From NCBI GenBank assembly GCA_048939465.1, contig JBHLPL010000023.1:1-22078 (forward strand): a stretch of 22,078 bases of DNA, in the 5' to 3' direction. A model generated the notes under the pieces. That model was given only the letters and a program-made list of their open reading frames with translations. It had not been told where the DNA came from and did no database searches. Of this stretch, positions 1 to 6,136 are shown piece by piece; position 1 is the first letter of the stretch, and each line of letters starts with the position of its first letter. A program made the translations under genes and the position numbers. The stretch comes from Promethearchaeota archaeon. GTDB taxonomy: Archaea > Asgardarchaeota > Odinarchaeia > Odinarchaeales > JBHLKK01.

Positions 1-1
1 A

Positions 2-1933
2 CTAATGGAATGACTCCTTTATATAATTTAGAAGGCCACCAGCTAGTAAGATGCTCTTGGACCGTGAACTGAGGTCGACTCTAGCAGAGAATTCTATTCC
101 TTTGGTACTATTCTTGACAACTAGTCTCGTTTCCCTCTTTTCTAGTGTCTTTCTAATCTTTTTCATCTCTATTTTATCGCCTTGCTCGACAGAATCATAA
201 ACCTTTTCATCTTCAAACTCTAGAGGCAGAATTCCAAAATTAACCAGATTGGCTTTGTGTATTCTGGCGAATGATTTAGCCATCACTGCTCTAACTCCTA
301 GATACATAGGAGCCAAAGCTGCGTGCTCTCTACTGGAACCCTGCCCATAATTCTCTCCCGCTACGATAAAACCGCCGCCTTTCTCCTTGGCTCGAGAAAC
401 GAAAGAGGAATCAACCTGCTCGAATACGTACTCGCTGATAGCCGGGACATTGCTTCTTAGAGGAAGTATCTTGACTCCGGCAGGCATTATGTGATCTGTT
501 GTTATATTGTCCCCTAGGCGTAATAGCACCTCAAAATGCAGCTCATCTTCAAGTGGGCCTCTTAAGGGCAGTTGCTTGATGTTTGGCCCCCTTATTATTT
601 CGATCTTCTCTGGTTCAGAAGATGGTGGAAGTATCATTCCATCATCAATTTTGATTTTGCTGGGCATTCTGATTTCGGGATAGTCTCCCAGCTTACGTGG
701 GTCCCTCAAGACTCCAAAGATGGCTGTTGCGGCTGCTGTTTCCGGGCTTACGAGGTACAGTTGAGCGTCTCTGGTACCACTACGCCCCTCAAAATTCCTG
801 TTGAATGTTCTCACAGAAATACTGCCAGAAGGCGGAGCTTGCCCCATGCCAATGCACGGACCGCACGCACTCTCCAGTATTCGGGCACCTGATGAGATCA
901 AATCTGCCAGTGCACCGTTCCTTGCTATTTCCTCAAGAACCTGGCGTGAACCGGGAGAGACAATCAGACTGAGGTTAGGATGGACTTTTTTCCCCTTTAA
1001 TATGGCAGCCACTACCATGAGATCCTTCAGGGAAGAGTTGGTACAACTTCCAATGGCCACTTGTTGGACCTCCAATCCTTCTATCTCACTAACCTTGGAT
1101 ACGTTTCCTGGACTGTGGGGCGTTGCTACCAAAGGCTCTATTTGTGCTAGATCAATCTCAATGGTTTCTTCATATTGCGCATTGTCATCAGGTTTTAATT
1201 CTTTCCATTCATCCGATCTTTCCTGCATTGCGAAGAACTTCTTTGTTGTCTCGTCTGAAGGGAATATTGAGGTCGTCGCTCCCGTCTCGGCACCCATGTT
1301 TGCGATTGTAGCCCTCTCATAGACATCCAAATCTTCGACTCCATGTCCGAAGTATTCCAAAACCTTGCCTACTCCTCCCTTTACACCAATGATCCTAAGA
1401 ACTTCCAGAATAATATCCTTTGCAGCAACCCAACGCTGTCTTTTTCCAATGAGATTGATGCCTACAACACCTGGAACCTCCAGATAAAAAGGAGCACCCC
1501 CCATTGCAGCAGCTACATCCAATCCGCCAGCACCGATAGCAAGCATTCCTACTCCGCCTGCCGTAGGTGTGTGAGAATCTGATCCCAGCAATGTTCGTCC
1601 AGGTCGAGAGAATCGCTCGAGGTTCACTTGATGACAAATACCATTTCCCGGTCTTGAGAAATAAATCCCATACTTTGCTGCAACGCTCTGAAGGTACATA
1701 TGGTCGTCTGCATTCATGAAATTCGTTTGAAGTGTATTATGATCCACGTAGCTTACTGACAATTCGGTCTTTACTCTCGGTATTCCAAGTGCCTCAAACT
1801 GAAGATATGCCATCGTCCCTGTGGCATCCTGAGTCAAAGTTCGGTCTATTCTTACAGCAATCTCGGTACCTTCTTTGAGGCCCCCTTCAACCAGATGTTC
1901 CTTCAATATTTTATGCGTTATCGTTCCTTTCAT
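2..1933 (-). CDS. Aconitate hydratase (single-chain AcnA-type, about 643 aa)
   Basis: ORF 2..1963. Likely start is the ATG at 1933 (MKGTITHK) after the SD-like GGGGTTGA. Motifs DHNT, GICHQV, GSDSHT, IGSCTN, CGPCIGMG, RNFEGR, TTDHI and YGQGSSREHA are typical of the aconitase family. Confidence 0.93.
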   Translation of the reverse strand: MKGTITHKILKEHLVEGGLKEGTEIAVRIDRTLTQDATGTMAYLQFEALGIPRVKTELSVSYVDHNTLQTNFMNADDHMYLQSVAAKYGIYFSRPGNGICHQVNLERFSRPGRTLLGSDSHTPTAGGVGMLAIGAGGLDVAAAMGGAPFYLEVPGVVGINLIGKRQRWVAAKDIILEVLRIIGVKGGVGKVLEYFGHGVEDLDVYERATIANMGAETGATTSIFPSDETTKKFFAMQERSDEWKELKPDDNAQYEETIEIDLAQIEPLVATPHSPGNVSKVSEIEGLEVQQVAIGSCTNSSLKDLMVVAAILKGKKVHPNLSLIVSPGSRQVLEEIARNGALADLISSGARILESACGPCIGMGQAPPSGSISVRTFNRNFEGRSGTRDAQLYLVSPETAAATAIFGVLRDPRKLGDYPEIRMPSKIKIDDGMILPPSSEPEKIEIIRGPNIKQLPLRGPLEDELHFEVLLRLGDNITTDHIMPAGVKILPLRSNVPAISEYVFEQVDSSFVSRAKEKGGGFIVAGENYGQGSSREHAALAPMYLGVRAVMAKSFARIHKANLVNFGILPLEFEDEKVYDSVEQGDKIEMKKIRKTLEKRETRLVVKNSTKGIEFSARVDLSSRSKSILLAGGLLNYIKESFH

Positions 1934-2027
1934 TTCAACCCCTCTTGGCTTTGGCTTCAGCATCCTTTCCGAAGGATCCCGACTTTGTACATATTGATTA
2001 GAAAAGGATTTGGTGGGGTCGGTGGGA

Positions 2028-2053
2028 TTTTCCCCAAGCTGATTTTCCTTGGC
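2028..2053 (-). other. tRNA-Trp intron 3 (T-loop, position 59/60, 26 nt)
   Basis: The T stem is the outer helix. Central helix TTCA/GGAA pairs 3 of 4, bulges are AA^G and AA^T, and the inner helix is CCAAG/CTTGG. Removal restores the T-loop TTCAAAT. Confidence 0.85.
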
Positions 2054-2066
2054 TTTGAACCCACAA

Positions 2067-2096
2067 TTCGTCTTAGCAGACGATCCGGCTGTTAAT
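2067..2096 (-). other. tRNA-Trp intron 2 (variable loop, position 46/47, 30 nt)
   Basis: Bulge GG^A, central helix CGTT/GACG, bulge AA^T, inner helix TTA/TAA then CAG/CTG. Removal restores the 5-nt variable loop TGGTT, with U48 matching A15. Confidence 0.8.
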
Positions 2097-2105
2097 CCAA
2101 CGGGT

Positions 2106-2171
2106 TTCTTCGGAGTGGACCGCTCCAGAGGCTCTTCATCCGTTTGTCAGCAGATCTATTGCCTGGGACAT
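2106..2171 (-). other. tRNA-Trp intron 1 (canonical position 37/38, 66 nt), with C/D-box-like elements
   Basis: Lies between G37 (2172) and A38 (2105). Central helix CTCC/GAAG pairs 3 of 4, so the motif is a relaxed BHB/BHL. Contains CTGA, ATGAAGA, TCTGGAGC (antisense to the anticodon loop) and CCGA. Confidence 0.85.
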
Positions 2172-2233
2172 CTGGAGCCCGTCGTCCTACCTGATTAGAC
2201 CACGACCCCTTCAAGAACCTGTAAAATCTTGAA

Positions 2234-2241
2234 ATATAAAA
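2234..2241 (-). promoter_or_regulatory. TATA box of the tRNA-Trp gene
   Basis: TTTTATAT about 25 nt upstream of tRNA G1 (2209). Confidence 0.65.
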
Positions 2242-2344
2242 TTGTATCGGTGGGTATGAACCTAAGATCGTTTCAGCGATCTAAAAGACTGCCCTTCGCT
2301 CAGAGGATTAACATGCGGACAGAGGAAATTGTATTTTAAAAGGA

Positions 2345-2496
2345 TGTGTGACACCGTTCCGTGTTCTAATGGGTACGGGTGTTTCCTCTCGCCTATGGCC
2401 GCCAGCGAACCAGCAGCATCTTGCTTTCCCACGGGCTCGCGCACCGTAGTACAGGTAAGATCGCTCGAGAGCTTAACTTTCACGCGATGTCACACA
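2345..2496 (-). repeat. Terminal inverted repeat forming the processing stem and BHB-like motif of the permuted 5S precursor
   Basis: TGTGTGACATCG (2496-2485) pairs with CGGTGTCACACA (2356-2345), 12 bp with one G-U. Then come the 3-nt bulge GAA (2359-2357), the 4-bp helix CGTG/CACG and the 3-nt AAA (2480-2478). The helix beyond AAA is imperfect (G.A mismatch, then T-A, T-G). Confidence 0.9.
2358..2478 (-). rRNA. rrf: 5S rRNA, circularly permuted gene (3' half 2478-2410, TTCG linker 2409-2406, 5' half 2405-2358)
   Basis: 2478-2410 reads AGTTAAGCTCTCGAGCGATCTTACCTGTACTACGGTGCGCGAGCCCGTGGGAAAGCAAGATGCTGCTGG, the 3' part of archaeal 5S. 2405-2358 reads CTGGCGGCCATAGGCGAGAGGAAACACCCGTACCCATTAGAACACGGA, the 5' part. 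Helices can form: I GCTGCTGG/CTGGCGGC, II CGAGAG/CTCTCG, IV CTACGG/CCGTGG capped by GCGA, V ATCTT/AAGAT, and III after ligation. Confidence 0.93.
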
Positions 2497-2519
2497 AGGA
2501 GTTTAAGAATTCTAAACAC

Positions 2520-2529
2520 TATATAAAAA
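2520..2529 (-). promoter_or_regulatory. TATA box of the permuted 5S rRNA gene
   Basis: TTTTTATATA about 24 nt upstream of the start of the terminal stem (2496). A T4 tract (CCTTTT) follows the 3' arm of the stem. Confidence 0.7.
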
Positions 2530-2554
2530 TATTGCAAATCTTGCATTGATTCCT

Positions 2555-3049
2555 TCAGCTAATTAGACGCCCTTCAGAATCGATCTCGCCTTTCCTTATC
2601 CTCGAGGAGGAGATTGGCATCTTATCCTCTGCAAGAGCCAAAGGGATCAGAACAATTTTGATCGGGGGTATTTTCCTTTGAATTCTAATCTGATTGATCT
2701 CTTCTGCGCGGGCGTAGGTTTCTTTGGTGACCACTATTGCTTCAATTTCTTGACTAGATATTGCGGGTCCGTAAGGATCCTTTAGAGGGATTATCTTAAC
2801 CCTATCGGCGACTCCCTTTTCCTCCAAAAATCTTTCTATTTTAGCTTTTCTCATTTCGAATGGCAAGATTCTTTCTCTTTCAGGTTTTCCTTTCAGCATC
2901 TCTTCAGTTGTTACCCCCAGAATCACACTCTTACCTAATTTAAGCGCCTTCAAGAGCGCGAATTTATGTCCTGCATGAAAATGATCAAATGTCCCTGCAA
3001 AGCCTACGCAGCTGAATTTGCCCTTACTGCAATCTCCCACGAAGATCAC
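2555..3049 (-). CDS. coaD: Phosphopantetheine adenylyltransferase (archaeal CoaD, cytidylyltransferase fold)
   Basis: GTFDHFHAGH (HxGH), LGVT, DPYGP, IVVTKET and ISSSRIRKGEID motifs. GTG start is uncertain. Confidence 0.88.
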   Translation of the reverse strand: MIFVGDCSKGKFSCVGFAGTFDHFHAGHKFALLKALKLGKSVILGVTTEEMLKGKPERERILPFEMRKAKIERFLEEKGVADRVKIIPLKDPYGPAISSQEIEAIVVTKETYARAEEINQIRIQRKIPPIKIVLIPLALAEDKMPISSSRIRKGEIDSEGRLIS

Positions 3050-3227
3050 TGCCTTTAATGCATCGTCCTAATTTCAACCTGTTAGAGTATTCTACTGGAT
3101 ATTTAAGAATGAAGTCTAGAATATCAATGTGGTTTTTTCGGACTTTGACTATTTCTCAGAATCCTCCAAAAAGACCTTGGATCCACTGCTAAGCAGCATA
3201 CCAAACGAAAATTGAGGATGGGGAAAG

Positions 3228-3605
3228 TTAGGCTTTCTCTTTCCTAAGGGGAACTGTATATATCGTCTTGATGAAGGTCTTACCTTGGCACTCTTTGCAG
3301 TCTCCGACTTCCTTGAATATGTAATCTCCTCTCTCAAAATCTCTAATTTCAGTGAAATCACATGTTCGACATTTGATTATTGAGAGTGTTTGATGTTCGG
3401 CTCTTGAAGGATAGGCTGCCCTGCCTCCAACATTTAGGAATGACATAACAAATGACATTAGTATTAATCCTAGCATTATCATCAGAAAGTCTCCGCCTGA
3501 TGTAATTCCTAGATAGATTAGGTAGCCTCCAGCTGCTAGCATGACAATAGATATTGCTATAATGATTATCCTCGATGTTCTGGACCCTTTATGCTCTTCA
3601 GACAC
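3228..3605 (-). CDS. Small membrane protein, two TM helices plus C-terminal Zn ribbon (CxxC-x20-CxxC)
   Basis: Two hydrophobic segments, then KCRTCDF...GDCKECQG. Its start lies 1 nt after the DUF1512 stop. Confidence 0.8.
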   Translation of the reverse strand: MSEEHKGSRTSRIIIIAISIVMLAAGGYLIYLGITSGGDFLMIMLGLILMSFVMSFLNVGGRAAYPSRAEHQTLSIIKCRTCDFTEIRDFERGDYIFKEVGDCKECQGKTFIKTIYTVPLRKEKA

Positions 3606-3606
3606 T

Positions 3607-4725
3607 TTAGAATCCCACTCCTATTGTATTTCCTATTCCTGCAACAATCACAAGATCATTTGGCTTTGTTCTTTCTCGTATAATCCTCTTAACTCGCTCT
3701 ACAGCTTTTTCAGCAGCCTCTGCAATCTCCTTTTTCAAGGGCGAAACTGCTTCCTCAATAGCCTCCTTGATTATGAGCGCATCTAGCGGTATTTTATGCA
3801 GAACGCCTGCATCTTCCATCTTGAATTTCTCAACGCCAAAACCGCCTATTGCGGCCCCCACGCCTTCTGCAAGTTCTCCGCTTTTGTCTCCTTCAAGTTT
3901 CAGTGCTGCGTCTATTGTTATTATTCTGGCTATATTGCCTTTCTGTTGTTCGACGATAAGCTTGATTGCTTCACCGGGCTTTCCGACATTCCCACCAGGA
4001 CCCTTTGCCTTAATCAGAAATAGCGTTCTCTGTTCAAAATCCATCTTGTATGCTACTGTATTTTTGGCAATGTCAGAAATCTCTTCCAAACCAGCTAGTT
4101 TTCTGTTTTCATCTGCTATGCTGGCTACAACCAGTGCACCTATTCCGTCTCCGATTGGCTTGCCCACAGAGAATGCCTTAAGTGCGTTGAAGTACGCGTT
4201 CGCAATTCGCATAATCTCCGGAAGCTGCATTTGGATCTGCATAATCAGAAGTAAGCTTTTCTGCTTCTTTCCGAGCAGCAGATAGTGACGAACAACTCGA
4301 AAGATGTAGTTTACAGCTATAGCGGCTTCTACTAGGTTTTCCAAGTTTGCGGATTCAGGTTCACTTGCCTCAGGTGCTATCCTTAGAACTAGATCCTCAA
4401 ATTGATTCTTTCTGACATTTAATAGGTGCTCAAGCCTCCCTAAAACTCCAGCAGGGTCTTTGTCAACAGGATCAATCTGGAAGAACTCCATAAACTCTGT
4501 TACTCTGGATGTCGGATCTTTGGGTGACTTACCTACTTCCTTTACTGTATTCACAGTTATCTCTTTGCCGCTCAACATCATGATCTCCAGTTTTCGTAGT
4601 GCAGCTTCAATTTGCTTTATCCATCCCCACATCTGGATCCGTTGTCCAAACATCATCTGCACGAAGATCAGACCTATAAATAGAACATATAATATCGTAG
4701 ATAACAGGTCACTTCCAAACTGCAT
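3607..4725 (-). CDS. DUF1512-family archaeal protein (about 372 aa)
   Basis: Likely start is the ATG at 4725 after SD GAGGT. N-terminal TM helix; GDGIG, KGPGGNVG, IDAALKLEG, AEGVGAAIGG and GIGNTIGV motifs recognised from memory as DUF1512. Confidence 0.8.
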   Translation of the reverse strand: MQFGSDLLSTILYVLFIGLIFVQMMFGQRIQMWGWIKQIEAALRKLEIMMLSGKEITVNTVKEVGKSPKDPTSRVTEFMEFFQIDPVDKDPAGVLGRLEHLLNVRKNQFEDLVLRIAPEASEPESANLENLVEAAIAVNYIFRVVRHYLLLGKKQKSLLLIMQIQMQLPEIMRIANAYFNALKAFSVGKPIGDGIGALVVASIADENRKLAGLEEISDIAKNTVAYKMDFEQRTLFLIKAKGPGGNVGKPGEAIKLIVEQQKGNIARIITIDAALKLEGDKSGELAEGVGAAIGGFGVEKFKMEDAGVLHKIPLDALIIKEAIEEAVSPLKKEIAEAAEKAVERVKRIIRERTKPNDLVIVAGIGNTIGVGF

Positions 4726-4952
4726 TGATTCCGACCTCAAATATACTAACACGATAGAGGGAAAAATCCCCCTTTTTAAACCTTCCTCCATCTGATAGCA
4801 TAAATCTCTTTTAATAAACCTTTCGGGCATTGCCCGTTAATCGCTGTATTTTGCCCTCGGAGAATGGAACACAGGATCGTATTCGGTACATTCTCGAGAA
4901 AAATACCAGCAAAGATACATTTTTATCTTCTTACTCATATTTCCACTTGGCA

Positions 4953-5236
4953 ATGAAGGAATAAGTGCCTTCCATCGAGGACTGACCCGAGATCTCGCAA
5001 TGAGGGTTGGAGCAAAAGGACGGTAACACCAGAGCTAGGAGCCGTAACATAATCGCACTGACAGGACTCTTACAAGGCAGATGGCTTACTGTCACTGGAT
5101 GAGTAAGGGCAAACCCACGTGCGGTACATCGGCTCCATGTCAGGGTAAGGCCCCACTATGAGAGAACTCGGCTGAGAAGGGCATAATGCCCCGTCTAGGA
5201 GGCTGAGCGTTAGTTTGTGGGGTACACCTGACCCAC
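4953..5236. ncRNA. Unidentified structured RNA candidate
   Basis: ORF-free interval with several nested helices: GGAGCCG/CGGCTCC, ATCGCAC/GTGCGGT, TGACAG/CTGTCA, GTCAGG/CCTGAC, CCCCAC/GTGGGG, GGGC/GCCC. No family recognised. Confidence 0.4.
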
Positions 5237-5269
5237 TCTCTTCTTATCTCTAATATTATTCTGTTCGAG

Positions 5270-6133
5270 TTGGGATGTAACTTGGGAGGATTCTACAAAG
5301 AGCTGAGGGCTAGCCTAGAATGGAGACTCCCTGAAAGGCTATTGAACCTACTTCCACGAGGTTTTCAGAGAATCGGCGATATCATTATCATGAATATCCA
5401 CAAAGAACTCCTACCATTCAAGGAGCTGATCGGACGCAGTCTATTGAGTATCATTCCAAAATGCAGAAGCGTGTGTGTTAAGATTGGAGGAATTTCAGGA
5501 AGATATCGCACTCCTGAGTTGGAGGTTGTAGCGGGAGACAAGAATACTGAAACTACACACAGAGAACACGACTGCCTTTTCAGACTAGATGTCAAAAGAA
5601 TCATGTTTGCTAAAGGTAACGTCAATGAACGAAGGAGACTGGCTGATCTGGTGAGGGACGATGAAGTGATTGTTGATATGTTCGCTGGAATTGGGTACTT
5701 CTCTATAGTGATTGCCAGACACGCAAATCCCAGAATTATCCATTCAATAGAAATAAATCCTGTTTCATACAAGTATTTGTGTGAGAATATCCTTTTGAAC
5801 AGGGTCAATGAAAAGGTGCATCCAATCCTGGGTGACTGTTCTACTGAAGCTCCGAAATTGGGGATTACTGCAGACAGAATAATCATGGGATACTTACCAA
5901 GTCCAAAAGATCATCTTCCAGCTGCGATGAAGATTACGAATCCCAATGGTACAATCATTCACTATGAAGGATTAATACATAAAACAGATCCGCCTACTCT
6001 CCTATTAGAGGAAGTAGAAGAAGCTGCCGCGAGTTACGGCAAGATGCCCGCCCTAAGTAATTGGAAATTGATTAAGACCTTTGCGCCGAATGTTCATCAC
6101 ATCGTCTTAGACGTTTTGATAAAGGAAGGATGA
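5270..6133 (+). CDS. Met10+/Trm5-family SAM-dependent tRNA-modifying enzyme, Taw2/TYW2-like
   Basis: LDVKRIMFAKGNVNER (TYW2-like MFxxGNxxE), DMFAGIGYF SAM motif, EINP, ADRIIMGYLP, IIHY. TTG start is uncertain. Confidence 0.8.
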   Translation: MGCNLGGFYKELRASLEWRLPERLLNLLPRGFQRIGDIIIMNIHKELLPFKELIGRSLLSIIPKCRSVCVKIGGISGRYRTPELEVVAGDKNTETTHREHDCLFRLDVKRIMFAKGNVNERRRLADLVRDDEVIVDMFAGIGYFSIVIARHANPRIIHSIEINPVSYKYLCENILLNRVNEKVHPILGDCSTEAPKLGITADRIIMGYLPSPKDHLPAAMKITNPNGTIIHYEGLIHKTDPPTLLLEEVEEAAASYGKMPALSNWKLIKTFAPNVHHIVLDVLIKEG

Positions 6134-6136
6134 TCT

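Larger units (their letters stand above)
2011..2209 (-). tRNA. tRNA-Trp(CCA) with three introns and encoded 3' CCA
   Basis: Removing 2106-2171, 2067-2096 and 2028-2053 gives a 77-nt cloverleaf: GGGGTCG TG GTCT AATCAGGTA GGAC G ACGGG CTCCAGA CCCGT TGGTT GTGGG TTCAAAT CCCAC CGACCCC A CCA. Acceptor, anticodon and T stems are fully Watson-Crick; the D stem has one G-U pair. Confidence 0.93.

Noticed and set aside
572-1637. Antisense or overlapping ORFs within aconitase (and similar shadow ORFs over other genes)
   Set aside because: Shadow frames of well-supported genes, with no independent motifs.
2067-2096. Alternative parse of the variable-loop insert as two small introns (45/46 and about 50/51), giving a four-intron tRNA
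   Set aside because: No BHB could be built for the second piece, and it would give C48 opposite A15. The single 30-nt intron has a 4-bp central helix and restores A15-U48.
2109-2123. Possible nested intron inside intron 1 (removing CGGTCCACTCCGAAG would perfect the CTCC/GGAG helix)
   Set aside because: No BHB-like motif flanks the putative nested piece.
2263-2283. Hairpin AGATCG-ctgaaa-CGATCT between the 5S and tRNA genes
   Set aside because: Single 6-bp stem with no box C partner or family signature; insufficient for an ncRNA call.
2262-2526. Short ORFs 2262..2483(-) and 2329..2526(+)
   Set aside because: They overlap the permuted 5S gene and have no protein motifs; chance ORFs.
4955-5090. 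RNase P, SAM-I or HDV-ribozyme resemblance
   Set aside because: No intact GAGGAAAGUCC/P4, no SAM-I core, and the helix spacing is incompatible with the HDV topology.
5038-5137. tRNA-like acceptor stem GGAGCCG/CGGCTCC-A
   Set aside because: No D-loop GG, T-loop or consistent anticodon stem could be recovered, even allowing introns.
5165-5232. TPP-riboswitch-like words (CTGAGA, ATAATGCC, ACCTGA)
   Set aside because: The order is non-canonical, the P2/P4 connections are missing, and the neighbouring genes are unrelated to thiamine.
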